Source: an uncultured Gammaproteobacteria bacterium (lineage in GTDB: Bacteria > Pseudomonadota > Gammaproteobacteria > UBA9214). From it: a stretch of DNA of 64,000 nt. A program made the translations under genes and the position numbers. The notes beneath the pieces are model-generated. The model saw only the letters and a program-made list of their open reading frames with translations, was not told the DNA's origin and ran no database searches. The stretch spans positions 1 to 64,000 of the forward strand of contig CAVYZN010000027.1 in the NCBI GenBank assembly GCA_963773065.1, read 5' to 3'. Below, piece by piece: positions 29,329 through 39,424 of the stretch; within the stretch, counting starts at the first letter, position 1, and every line of letters begins with the position of its first letter.

Positions 29329-30414
29329 TCAGAATGTGTTGTTTTCAACCAGCGTGGTTATCTTGCGTTGCAGGTCGTCATCATGGGTGCCGTGCAAGGC
29401 AACGATCTCCTGCGCAAGTGTCATCCAGTGATCCCGGCTTGCCTCGCTCAGGTGCAGCAGCTTGTCCAGATTGCCGGTCCGTTCCCAGTGTTCATAAGCT
29501 GTAAGCAGGCTCGGGAACAGCATCTTGCGCATGTTGGTCAGGTTCGCGATGTAAAAGTGTAGCGAAGCGGGATCCGCCTCGTCCAGTAATCCGGGCAAGG
29601 TCGAGAGTGCATCTGACAGGTGGTCGCGTACCGCACGCATCATGAGTTCCGCCTTGCAATGGGGTATACCCGCCAGCAGATCTTCCCAACTGCTGCCGAG
29701 TTCTTCTCCCGCCATGACTTCCCCGATCTCGTGCAGCAACACCGAACGGGTTTCCCGTTCGGTCATTCGTTCCAGCGCTTCCTCGGGCGCGCTGTCAAAA
29801 TCGTAGCATTTGATCGCCTTCTGCATGGCGTTGGCCGGTCTGTTCCATCGCCATTCCTCGATTTTTTCCCACAGCATGCGGCGCAGTGATTCGCGTCGAA
29901 TAAAGATCGTCCTGCCCAGACTCATTGCGGGCGGAGCGGTCAGGTCGCGCGCGTATTCCTTGCCGGATAGATAAAGCGTGTAATCCTTATGCATGCAGCG
30001 CTGTTCGAGCACGCCCAGAAAGAAATGCGGTTTCATATTGCGTCCGATGCCGCCGCTGTAGACGTAGCCCATGCCGTTCAGAACCTCATTGATGGCATTC
30101 GCATCGAACGGGTCGTGCAACTGGGTCGATACGGGTATGTGCCTGAAGGGTTTTCCCTCGATAGTCTTCCAGAGCGCCTCGCGCTCGGTCAGCCAACCGG
30201 TGATCTCTTCATGCGGGAGCGACGAACTGAACGGCATGTCATTTTCCCAGCGGTAGTACTCGCGCATCTTCAAGAGGTAGATGCAGAGCGTGTAATCGGT
30301 CGCATGCCGGGCATCGCTGATGTGGCAGTTTGTGCGCACGACCGCCAGGGTGGGCGCCAGTTCATCGAGAAGTGGCGGTGGACCGGGTGGCATCGCAATG
30401 TGGGTGCTCGGCAT
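29329..30414 (-). CDS. Sfum_1244-like conserved protein
   Basis: NCHISDARHA..LCIYLLKMREYYRWE; HEIGE motif; family recalled from motif, not searched. Confidence 0.65.
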   Translation of the reverse strand: MPSTHIAMPPGPPPLLDELAPTLAVVRTNCHISDARHATDYTLCIYLLKMREYYRWENDMPFSSSLPHEEITGWLTEREALWKTIEGKPFRHIPVSTQLHDPFDANAINEVLNGMGYVYSGGIGRNMKPHFFLGVLEQRCMHKDYTLYLSGKEYARDLTAPPAMSLGRTIFIRRESLRRMLWEKIEEWRWNRPANAMQKAIKCYDFDSAPEEALERMTERETRSVLLHEIGEVMAGEELGSSWEDLLAGIPHCKAELMMRAVRDHLSDALSTLPGLLDEADPASLHFYIANLTNMRKMLFPSLLTAYEHWERTGNLDKLLHLSEASRDHWMTLAQEIVALHGTHDDDLQRKITTLVENNTF

Positions 30415-30537
30415 AGGTAATACCTGACTGAAATCATAGGTAATTCATGCTAGCATGTGAATATGACAACCGCCAGATGGATGCGTTGCTGAACTCTAAG
30501 TGAACTGTGTATTTCATGCACCCTCCTGGAGTAAAAC

Positions 30538-31104
30538 ATGCGAGTAAAGAGTAAGTGGAATCTCAAAGACCGCGAACGCTCCCTGTCGGAAACCGGAAGC
30601 GCCATGGCCTTTATCCTGTGGCGTATCGCCCAGCAAGGTACCCTGAACCTCGAGAATGAAGGATTTCAGACGGATACCAACGCCCAGCGGCTGGATATCA
30701 TCACCGAATTCCTGGCTTTTCTGGTACATCTTGTTGATCGCATGACGGCCGAAAATTTCTCTCAGGAGCAGCGGCAGGAATTCATTACATCCCTGGCGCG
30801 TCATCTCGCAGATACCATGCAGGAGAATCGCAGCGATGCTCAGGGCAAGGGCGAATACCGGCAGTCGCTTATCAACCGCTTGAATGAAAGAGCGACCGAC
30901 TATGCAGGTTTCTCCTGCACCGGCAATGAACCCGGTTTCGCTTTCCGACGCTATTTCGGCGAGAACGTCAGGGCGGTGATGGGTGAGAAGGACAATAAAT
31001 GGATAACCGACCAGGTGATGGATATAGAAGTTCCGGAAGCATTGAAGCCGTTAACTAAGGCCATCCGGGACCTGTTTACGACGACAGGACAGCAGAGCAA
31101 ATAA
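30538..31104 (+). CDS. Hypothetical protein
   Basis: 188-aa ORF with GGAG RBS; ends at bidirectional terminator. Confidence 0.75.
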   Translation: MRVKSKWNLKDRERSLSETGSAMAFILWRIAQQGTLNLENEGFQTDTNAQRLDIITEFLAFLVHLVDRMTAENFSQEQRQEFITSLARHLADTMQENRSDAQGKGEYRQSLINRLNERATDYAGFSCTGNEPGFAFRRYFGENVRAVMGEKDNKWITDQVMDIEVPEALKPLTKAIRDLFTTTGQQSK

Positions 31105-31126
31105 AAGGCGGGTTGGCCCCGCCTTT
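31104..31126. terminator. Bidirectional terminator between convergent genes
   Basis: AAAGGCGGG-ttggc-CCCGCCTTT. Confidence 0.75.
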
Positions 31127-31146
31127 CTTGAACAGTATCGGCCGGG

Positions 31147-31341
31147 TTACTTGACCCAGTCCGAAAAATTGTCCGTATTCCTTTCCTTGCCATCCTCGTA
31201 GCCGGCGGTGTAGGCCTCGGTCACGCGCTGCTCTTCGCGCTCCGGGTTCAGCAGGTAGCCGCCTTGCCAACCTTGGATGTATTCGGGATCAACACCCATT
31301 TTTTCCATTTTGGTGATTGCATCATAATATTCCTGATTCAT
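31147..31341 (-). CDS. Alvin_2107-like small protein (sulfur globule oxidation associated)
   Basis: MNQEYYDAITKMEKMGVDPEYIQGWQGGYLLNPEREEQRVTEAY; GAGGAG RBS; family recalled from motif. Confidence 0.7.
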   Translation of the reverse strand: MNQEYYDAITKMEKMGVDPEYIQGWQGGYLLNPEREEQRVTEAYTAGYEDGKERNTDNFSDWVK

Positions 31342-32042
31342 CTTCAACTCCTCGTGTTGTCTGAATGGTAAACAATCAATACGACGTGCCGACAACTGCA
31401 TATCCTGTGCAGCAGCCTTGAATCTTTCCGGTGGTTCTCACCGATCGCTTGCACTACCTGCCGCGTTGGTGCTGACAGCGTCTGATGCTGGTTGACCCGA
31501 ATGGTTCATCATTGCATCCGTTGTTGCGTCATACAGCATGTCGCGCCCCGCCTTTGCCTTGCGAGTCAACACAGACTACCGGTTGTTACGGCCGCGTCCG
31601 GATTCCATTTCCAAACCGGTTCCTGGCGGGCACGGCGTCCACTCGCTGCATAGCGCATGGCCTACTGTGCTGAATCGGACAGTGAGACTTCGCCGTGACT
31701 GTGTCCTGTGCGCGTGTTCACTTCTCGAAACGCATGGATTGTTGAGTGGGGCTTTCGAGTCGCAGTTGCACGGCCATGCGGTTCAGCTACCGCATTGTTT
31801 CAACTAGGTTTACCTGAAATCGAGTGAAGTATACAAGAGCCCTCTATACCCTCGAATATCCCTATCGGGGGAGCAAATAATCCCCGCGCGGATTTGGTGT
31901 TTCCATAGGGAAATCAGAGACATTCTCTCTTTCGGGGTATTCGAAGTCCATTGACGAATGGATAGCATTGGTTTTTCTACATAGAGGCTCATGCCCCTTA
32001 GCTAAGGACAAGCTAGACCTCGTGATTGTAAGGAGACGCAAT

Positions 32043-32474
32043 ATGTTCAACGACTTCGACGAGGACTTTTCCAGTGGTATAGCCGCCTTCGAGGCCAAGA
32101 GTTTTTCCCAGGCCATGAAATTCCTTTACCCACTGGCCACTTCGGGTAACCCGGATGCGCAGCACCGAGTCGCGATCATGTGCCAGAACGGCCTCGGTAT
32201 GGTACGTAATGAAAAAATGGCCCTGCAGATGATGCGAGCGTCGGCCGAACAGGGGTATGCACTGGCCCAGCATGGACTCGGGTTCATGTATATGGCAGGT
32301 GACTGTGTCGAGCAGAACAGTGCCGAGGCCGTTAACTGGTTTCGCAAGGCGGCAGAGCAGGGACTGGCCGGTTCGCTGACAACCCTGGCAAGGATGTACG
32401 AGGAGGGTAATGGTGTGGAAAAGGATCCTGAGATGGCGAAGAAATTATACGCCGAGGCAGGATTCGATTTCTGA
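32043..32474 (+). CDS. Sel1-repeat protein
   Basis: AEQGYALAQHGLGFMY, WFRKAAEQG, MYEEGNGV; AAGGAG RBS. Confidence 0.9.
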   Translation: MFNDFDEDFSSGIAAFEAKSFSQAMKFLYPLATSGNPDAQHRVAIMCQNGLGMVRNEKMALQMMRASAEQGYALAQHGLGFMYMAGDCVEQNSAEAVNWFRKAAEQGLAGSLTTLARMYEEGNGVEKDPEMAKKLYAEAGFDF

Positions 32475-32510
32475 TGCCTGTTTTCGCAGTCCTTTGCCGG
32501 ATCACTTGCA

Positions 32511-33646
32511 ATGGAATTGTCAGCGGAAGATGTGCTGCGGATCAATGTCATGTTGGCAGGTCCCGTCAAGGCTATCCGGATCGATGAATCCACGCATGAC
32601 CCTGTACGCGCTCTCCGATAAAGGGGAGGCGCGGGTCAGGCTCAACCCCAATTGCCGTGATGAGACCTACCTGCGCCGTGTGCGTGAAACACTTTCCAGC
32701 CATGTGCTCGGTTCCCCGGGCGGCTATCCGGTTTATCTGAAACGCTGGACACGCATGGGACAGACGCGTGAGCGAATTCTCGAGTCTCTACTCCTGCTGG
32801 GCGAACCCGAGGCGGTGGTTGCCGTGGTCAATGCCCCCGGAATTACCAACGAGATTGCCAGAAGGGCATGGTGGGCAGCGCAAACACCGGAAAACGCCAG
32901 GTGCATGCTCGGTCAGCAATCGGTCGTCGATGGTGACATGGGTCCCGTGCTGGCGGATTTCCTGGTGGAATTTCTCCCCTTCGAGACAGAGGCGCGGGAT
33001 ATGATCGCCTCGGTCCGCCTGATCCTGCAATCAGACCTGATCAGTAATGAAACCAGGCGCGACCTATGGGGCAGGGGTAAGCACAAGAATTCCTATTATG
33101 TTGGTTTTCTGCAGGCCGTACCTGATGAACTCCCCGACAGGTTAGCGCCGCACCCGCTATGGGTACGAAGTTTGCGAAAAGCTTATAGGGCTGCGGCAGG
33201 CACGAAATCTGTTTGCTGTACAATTGTGCCGTTTACTCAGTACGGAAGGTCAGAGCTTCCTCGATGCGGTAGAAAACGTACTCAATAAACCAGCCAATCA
33301 GGATGTCGTCGTTTCTTTACTGCATGCGATTGCGGCCTATTTTAAGACCATACGCACTGACGACACCGAACGTCGAACCATGGGCGATATCCTCGCGGCC
33401 GCGGATGAGATGCTTGCCGAGGGTTCTGCCCATGGGAACGCGCTTGGTGAACTCCATTCCACAATACCCGGAATGGGAAAAGAGGTGCACGCCATGCTGG
33501 TACTGTCCATGGTGGATGAGCCGCTGGTGAATCCGATTTTTTCACGCACCGATGCCATCGGTACCGTGATGCGCAGGAATCTGAAGCCGGTTTTTGAACC
33601 GCTGCAGCGCCAACTCGATATTCTGAGAAACCGGAGTGGAAGGTAG
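32511..33646 (+). CDS. dsrS: DsrS (frameshifts near 32595 and 33200)
   Basis: MELSAEDVLRINVML..AIRIDES from 32511; LNPNCRD..SSHVLGSPGGYPVYLKRWTRMGQ; C-terminal FSRTDAIGTVMRR. Confidence 0.82.
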
Positions 33647-33675
33647 AATGTATCTTTCGCAACGGGGAATGTTTC

Positions 33676-33930
33676 ATGGTTGAAGTTCGGATGTATTGTA
33701 CTGCCATCTGCCCCTATTGTTTCCAGGCAGAGCGATTATTGAAATCAAAGGGCGTCAAAATACAAAAGATATTTATTGACTCGATGACTGATGGCTTCGG
33801 CGAGCTGGCCAGGTTGACTGGGCGGCGTACCGTACCCCAGATCTTTATCGGTGATTTGCACGTTGGTGGTTACGATGATTTGGCGGATCTGGAATTCGCA
33901 GGCGAATTGGATCCTCTCTTGATGACCTAG
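33676..33930 (+). CDS. grxC: Glutaredoxin 3
   Basis: CPYC, TGRRTVPQIFIG..HVGGYDDL. Confidence 0.92.
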   Translation: MVEVRMYCTAICPYCFQAERLLKSKGVKIQKIFIDSMTDGFGELARLTGRRTVPQIFIGDLHVGGYDDLADLEFAGELDPLLMT

Positions 33931-33952
33931 TAAGCTGCTGAACTGCATTTAC

Positions 33953-35583
33953 CTAAGCCGGCATAGCCGGAACCAAACAGGAAGAGGTATTGTACGCACG
34001 GGCTAAGCGGTGGTGGCGACGATGACACAGGCGTTGGTGGAACGGTACGCAGATCGGTTGCATGGGGTGCTCTCCTGTTACGACCGCATCGTGATGACGG
34101 GCACGTTGCCGGGGGCCTGCTATGCGCAGGGCATGACGGCGTTTTTGTACGCGAGGGGCATTCGGATTTTCGACTATCCCCGGTTTGCCGAGCCCTTGCG
34201 CGAGGCGCTCCGCGAGCGCGCGCAGGAGCTGGCGCAGTCGGCGGGGATCGAGATCGAGCATATCGCCAAAGCCCACATCCGCAAGGAAGATGTGGTCGCC
34301 AAGGTGCTTGAGCGGCGCGGCGATCATCCGGGTCTGGTGCACATCATTTCGGCGATGGAAGCCTGTCAAAGCTACAAGCCCTGGCATGACAAGGCGAGCG
34401 GCAAGACCTACCTCAAGCCCGATACGGGCAAATGCCTGCACTACTATTTTTACTTCATCGACCCGCTCGTCGGCCTGTGTTACCTGCGGGTGCCGACTTG
34501 GTGCCCGTTCAAATTGCAGTTCTATTGCAACGGCCATGGTTGGCTGGCGCAGAAGCTTAAAACCCGGCGCATCGGCTTTACCCAGGTGGACAATGCCTTT
34601 GTGCGCCTGGATGACTTCGCGCGCGCGCAACAGTTGGCCGATGGCTTCAAGCCCGAGCAACTGCACCGCATCCTGGATCGTTACGCGCGCCAGTGCTGCC
34701 CGGTGCACAAGAGCTTCGGGCAAGGCTATCACTGGAGCCTGCTGCAGGTGGAGTACGCTACCGATCTGGTGTTCCGCTCCCAAGAGATGCTGGCGCCCCT
34801 GTATGAACAGCTCTCCCGCCAGGCGGTGCTGGGGGTGAAGGCCGAACAGATTGCCACCTTTCTCGGCAAGAAGATCACCCCGCCGCTGGCGCAGGAGATC
34901 GGCAACCGCTTTGCCACCCGCATCGAAGGGACCTGCATCAAACATCGCCTGGGCAAGGTTCAGGTGAAGATGTACGACAAATACGCCCGTGTGCTGCGCA
35001 TCGAAACCACCGTCAACGACGTCTCCTTCTTCAAGCACCACCGCAAGGTGGAACATCGAGATAGACCCAGCACGCGGCAACTGGCGCCGCTGAAGAAATC
35101 CATCTACAGCCTGATCGATCTGCGCCAGATCCTCCTGGGATGCAATCGCCGCTACCTGGAGTATCTGTCCGCGCTGGACGATCACAGCGCCGGACAGCGC
35201 GCGCTCTCGCGCCTGACCGACGAGCGGTGCGAGAGCGACCGGCCGATCAAGGGCCTGAACTTCTTCAAGCGCACCGAGCAGCAACTGCTGCGGGCACTGC
35301 AACGTCCGCAGTTCAATATCCACGGTCTGCGGCGCGCCGATCTGATGGCTTTGCTGCCCCACGCCTCGGCGGCTGCGCTCTCGCGAGAGCTGAAACGGCT
35401 GCTTGCCCTCGGCGTGATCAAACGGGTCACCGGAACTTATCGTTACTACCTCACGCGCTTGGGGCGCGCCGCCATCGCCGCCGCCTGCTCGCTCACGGAA
35501 TTCAGTATCGTTCCCGCTTTGGCCACTGCAAAGTAACAAACTCTTCGCCATTTCTGTCAACAGTAAAGTCATAAGAGACTAAG
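33953..35583 (+). mobile_element. Putative insertion element of unclassified type
   Basis: CTAAG at 33953-33957 and 35579-35583; hairpin CCGGC-ATA-GCCGG at 33958-33970; no terminal inverted repeats; single GC-richer ORF between grxC and cysG. Confidence 0.6.
34022..35536 (+). CDS. About 505-aa protein with Rep_trans-like motifs and C-terminal winged helix (putative tyrosine relaxase/transposase)
   Basis: QVEYATD, VKMYDK, LRIETTVND; C-terminal LSRELKRLLALGVIKRVTGTYRYYLT. Confidence 0.6.
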   Translation: MTQALVERYADRLHGVLSCYDRIVMTGTLPGACYAQGMTAFLYARGIRIFDYPRFAEPLREALRERAQELAQSAGIEIEHIAKAHIRKEDVVAKVLERRGDHPGLVHIISAMEACQSYKPWHDKASGKTYLKPDTGKCLHYYFYFIDPLVGLCYLRVPTWCPFKLQFYCNGHGWLAQKLKTRRIGFTQVDNAFVRLDDFARAQQLADGFKPEQLHRILDRYARQCCPVHKSFGQGYHWSLLQVEYATDLVFRSQEMLAPLYEQLSRQAVLGVKAEQIATFLGKKITPPLAQEIGNRFATRIEGTCIKHRLGKVQVKMYDKYARVLRIETTVNDVSFFKHHRKVEHRDRPSTRQLAPLKKSIYSLIDLRQILLGCNRRYLEYLSALDDHSAGQRALSRLTDERCESDRPIKGLNFFKRTEQQLLRALQRPQFNIHGLRRADLMALLPHASAAALSRELKRLLALGVIKRVTGTYRYYLTRLGRAAIAAACSLTEFSIVPALATAK

Positions 35584-35593
35584 ATTGTTACTT

Positions 35594-36985
35594 ATGCAAT
35601 ATCTCCCTGTTTTCCTGAAGCTGGAAGGACGTCCCTGCGTTGTTGTCGGCGGCGGCAAGGTGGCGGCTCGCAAAGTTGCCATGTTGCTTAAAGTTAGTGC
35701 GGAAATCATAGTCGTTGCGCCCGACCTGTGTGATGAACTCGAGAAGCTTTACAAGGCAGGCGCAATCCTGCATGCGCGCCGGGAGTTTCAGGAACATGAC
35801 ATAGACGGTATGGTGCTTGCGATTGCGGCAACCAATAATGAGATGGTGAACAGGCAAGTTTCTGCAATTGCGGACGAGCACCGGATTCCCGTCAACGTTG
35901 TGGATACGCCGGAATTATGCAGTTTTATTGTCCCATCAATCATCGACAGGTCACCGGTGCAAGTAGCCGTGTCAACTGGGGGAGCATCGCCGGTACTTGC
36001 CCGCTTGTTGCGCGCCCGTCTGGAAAGTTTCATACCCTCAGCATATGGGCGTCTTGCTGTACTGGTAGATGAATTTAGGCACAAGGTAAAGCAGAAGTTC
36101 ACCGAGCCCAAGCAACGCCGCTATTTCTGGGAGAGTGTGTTGCAGGGCAGGGTTGCGGAATTACTGTTTGCTGGCCGTGAAAAAGAGGCGTGGGCAGCAC
36201 TGGAAGATGCGATCGCAGATACCGACCAGTCCTATAACACATCGGGAGAAGTGTATCTTGTAGGGGCGGGTCCGGGCGATCCAGACCTGATTACTTTCCG
36301 AGCGTTGCGATTGATGCAACAGGCGGACGTGGTGGTTTATGATCGACTTGTATCACAGCCAATTCTGGATATGGTCAGGCGTGATGCGGAAATGATCTAT
36401 GCCGGCAAGGAAAGGGATAACCATGCGCTTTCACAGGAGAGCATAAATGAATTACTCGTCCGCTTGGCCAGGAAGGGTAATCGGGTATTGCGGCTGAAAG
36501 GCGGTGATCCGTTCATATTCGGTCGTGGTGGCGAGGAAATTGAAACGCTCGCAGAAGAGGGCATTCCCTTCCAGGTAGTGCCCGGTATTACGGCCGCCTC
36601 GGGATGCGCGTCATATGCTGGAATTCCCCTCACGCATCGCGACTATGCCCAATCGTGCATATTCGTAACCGGTCACCTTAAGGATGGAAGCGTTGACCTT
36701 GACTGGCAAAAACTAGCCAAGCCTGCCCAGACCATCGTCTTCTATATGGGTCTGCATAGTATCGAAATTCTTTCCAGGGAACTGATTGCACATGGGTTGC
36801 CGGAAGAGACACCCGCAGCGTTGGTTCAACAGGGGACTACACAGAATCAGCGGGTATTCGTCGAAACACTTGCCTCTCTTCCAACCTTGGTCGAGAGGGA
36901 GGAGATCAAGCCACCAACGCTGATAATTGTTGGTGAGGTCGTGAGGTTGCGAGAAAAATTAAAATGGTTCCATAATGACAATTAA
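35594..36985 (+). CDS. cysG: Siroheme synthase
   Basis: [56 protein letters not shown]. Confidence 0.97.
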   Translation: MQYLPVFLKLEGRPCVVVGGGKVAARKVAMLLKVSAEIIVVAPDLCDELEKLYKAGAILHARREFQEHDIDGMVLAIAATNNEMVNRQVSAIADEHRIPVNVVDTPELCSFIVPSIIDRSPVQVAVSTGGASPVLARLLRARLESFIPSAYGRLAVLVDEFRHKVKQKFTEPKQRRYFWESVLQGRVAELLFAGREKEAWAALEDAIADTDQSYNTSGEVYLVGAGPGDPDLITFRALRLMQQADVVVYDRLVSQPILDMVRRDAEMIYAGKERDNHALSQESINELLVRLARKGNRVLRLKGGDPFIFGRGGEEIETLAEEGIPFQVVPGITAASGCASYAGIPLTHRDYAQSCIFVTGHLKDGSVDLDWQKLAKPAQTIVFYMGLHSIEILSRELIAHGLPEETPAALVQQGTTQNQRVFVETLASLPTLVEREEIKPPTLIIVGEVVRLREKLKWFHNDN

Positions 36986-37005
36986 TGCTTATCAAGCAAC
37001 CGAAG

Positions 37006-37087
37006 CGATCGTATCAGGCAGCGTTGGCTCAATCGTGAAAATTGGGTTGCGTGCTTGGTTGAAATTCGTCCGTTTTTGGATGGGAAC
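37006..37087 (+). repeat. Degenerate solo copy of the right end of the ISNCY element at 40852-42536
   Basis: Aligns with about 42456-42536 (GCGTTGGCTCAATCGTGAAA..TTGAAATTCGTCCGTTT). Confidence 0.85.
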
Positions 37088-37170
37088 TATCTATAAGCAG
37101 CGCTGGCAGATCGATTTATTCTTCAAATGGATCAAGCAGAACCTCAAAATCAAGACCTTTGTCTGCGCCA
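37088..37170 (+). pseudogene. IS4-family transposase fragment
   Basis: IYKQRWQIDLFFKWIKQNLKIKTF (Y-R-E-K signature region, E changed to D). Confidence 0.75.
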
Positions 37171-37588
37171 GTAAGGTGACCACACACGGCGCTATGAGGC
37201 GAAAGCCCGGATACCCTATAACCCCTGGCAGCCTGAATCAGATAACAACCATGAGTCAGAGCATATTTCACATCTCAGGCTGTACAAAGATGGGGTCCAC
37301 TTCATAACTCAGTATGAGGTAAGCCCCCGGCTCTGCCGGGGGACTCACCGGGGTTTGACCTATACGGTGGTCGTCCGTGAATCTCCGATCTCTGCCAAGA
37401 GAAGGAGGTTCACCGATGAAAGAGTACCAGAGTCTTAGCCCAACTTCGCGGATTCGCCCTTGATTTGGGGTGTGTCGAAAAAAATCTGCATGGAAATCAG
37501 CTAGCGGTCTGTGGATAAGCCCCGAAAGCCGTTGTAGTGAAGACCTTGCTTGTTTTCTTTGGTGCGCGCGTGCGGATAATGGGTGGCC

Positions 37589-39424
37589 ATGTTTCTACGC
37601 GCGACCACCCGGCGGAAAGATGGCAAGGTGCACCGGTATTGGAGCATCGTCGAGAATCGGCGCCTGCCTGGTGGTCGCGTGTTGCAGCGGCACCTGCTGT
37701 ATCTGGGCGAGATCAATTCCTCCCAGGAGCGGGCGTGGCGCAAGTCGGTCGAGGTGTTCGACGAACGCACCGAGCAATCGCGTTCGCTGTCGTTGTTTCC
37801 CAAAGACCAGATCGACGCAGGCGTGGTGGACGAGTCGGTCGTGCGACTGTGTCTGTCGCAGCTGCGTCTGTGCCGCCCACGGGTGTGGGGCTCGTGCTGG
37901 CTCGCGCTGAAGCTGTGGGAACAGCTTTCGTTGGATCGGTTTTGGTCAGAGCGATTGCCCAAGAGCCGCAAGGGCACACGTTGGGATCAGGTGCTGTTCG
38001 TGCTGGTGGCGTATCGGCTGCTCTCGCCCGGCAGCGAATGGCGCTTGCACCGGCAGTGGTTTGAGCGCAGCGCGCTGTCCGATCTGCTCGGCGCCGATGC
38101 CGGCTTGGCCGACATCCACACGCTGTACGCCTGTCACGATCGTCTGCTGGCACACAAGACCGCGGTCTTCGATCACCTGGTGCGCCGCTGGCGCGATCTG
38201 TTCAACGTCGAATTCGACGTGCTGCTCTATGACCTGACCAGCACCTACTTCGAAGCCAATCCGCCGTTCGATGACGACGACAAGCGCCGATTCGGCTACT
38301 CGCGCGACAAGCGCCCGGACTGCGTGCAGGTGGTCATCGCGCTGGTGGTCACGCCCGAAGGCTTGCCGCTGGCCTACGAAGTGTTGCCGGGCAACACCGC
38401 CGACAAAACCACCTTGCGCGACTTTCTCGCTCGCATCGAACGCCAGTACGGCAAGGCCCGACGCGTGTGGGTGATGGATCGCGGCATCCCGACGGAAGAC
38501 ACCCTCGAGCAGATGCGCCACTCCGATCCGCCGGTGCACTACCTGGTCGGCACACCCAAAGGCCGCTTGTCGAAGCTGGAGAAGGACTTGCTGCTCAAGC
38601 CCTGGCAGGACGCCCGGCCCGGCGTGCAGGTCAAGCTCTTGCCGCAGGACGGTGAGCTATATGTCTTCGCCCAGAGCGCGGATCGCATCGCCAAGGAACG
38701 CGCGATGCGCAAGCGCCAGCTCAAGCGTTTGTGGGCGCGGCTCAAACAGCTTTCCGGCATGACGCTCACGCACCAGGAACTGCTGATGAAGCTCGGCGCG
38801 GCACGCAGCCAGTATCCGTCCGGCTGGCGGCTCGTCGACGTGCAGGTCCACGATCAAAACCCGACGTTCACCTACCGCCTCAAGCGTGACAAACTCAAAC
38901 AGGTCCGCCGCCGCGAAGGCCGTTATCTACTGCGCACCAATCTCACCGGCAACGACCCCGCCGAGCTGTGGCGCTATTACATCCAGCTCACGCAGGTCGA
39001 GGAAGCGTTCAAGAATCTCAAGGGCGATCTTTCGCTGCGGCCGATCTACCACCAGAAAGAAGCACGCATCGAGGCGCATATCTTCATCGCCCCGGTAACT
39101 GCTCCCTGCGTTACCCTACCTCCTGCATCCCTGCAGTCGTTCCTGGCCTACTGCCTGCACGTCACGCTCGCCCAGCAACTGCGAGCGCATGCGCCTGGGC
39201 TGACCCCGCGCAGCGTCCTCGAGAAGTTCGCCGCCGTACAGATAATCGACGTCGAAATCCCGACCACCGACGGTCGAACCGTTACGTTAACACGCTACAC
39301 CGAGCCGGAGCGCGAACTGAAGCTGCTGCTGGAGCGGCTACGACTCGAGCTGCCGGCTCAGCCACCGCCGAAAATCACCGCCGTCCAAGCCGAAACCGCC
39401 ACCCCGTGTAGTGCAGACCTTTGA
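37589..39424 (+). CDS. IS1634-family DDE transposase with a 16-aa in-frame insertion
   Basis: LYDLTSTYFE, GYSRDKRPD, VMDRG, VEEAFKNLK..LRPIYH. Confidence 0.92.
   Translation: MFLRATTRRKDGKVHRYWSIVENRRLPGGRVLQRHLLYLGEINSSQERAWRKSVEVFDERTEQSRSLSLFPKDQIDAGVVDESVVRLCLSQLRLCRPRVWGSCWLALKLWEQLSLDRFWSERLPKSRKGTRWDQVLFVLVAYRLLSPGSEWRLHRQWFERSALSDLLGADAGLADIHTLYACHDRLLAHKTAVFDHLVRRWRDLFNVEFDVLLYDLTSTYFEANPPFDDDDKRRFGYSRDKRPDCVQVVIALVVTPEGLPLAYEVLPGNTADKTTLRDFLARIERQYGKARRVWVMDRGIPTEDTLEQMRHSDPPVHYLVGTPKGRLSKLEKDLLLKPWQDARPGVQVKLLPQDGELYVFAQSADRIAKERAMRKRQLKRLWARLKQLSGMTLTHQELLMKLGAARSQYPSGWRLVDVQVHDQNPTFTYRLKRDKLKQVRRREGRYLLRTNLTGNDPAELWRYYIQLTQVEEAFKNLKGDLSLRPIYHQKEARIEAHIFIAPVTAPCVTLPPASLQSFLAYCLHVTLAQQLRAHAPGLTPRSVLEKFAAVQIIDVEIPTTDGRTVTLTRYTEPERELKLLLERLRLELPAQPPPKITAVQAETATPCSADL
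39092..39139. repeat. 48-bp double-hairpin element inserted in-frame in the transposase
   Basis: GGTAAC..GTTACC stem plus CTGCA-TCCC-TGCAG stem; interrupts EAHIFIA|FLAY. Confidence 0.75.

Noticed and set aside
33953-35572. 539-aa antisense ORF spanning the putative element almost end to end
   Set aside because: No recognisable motifs and it mirrors the codons of the GC-rich sense gene; best explained as a shadow ORF, though its stop coincides with the left CTAAG
36975-37307. 110-aa ORF after cysG as a real gene
   Set aside because: Chimera of an IS end remnant and an IS4 transposase fragment
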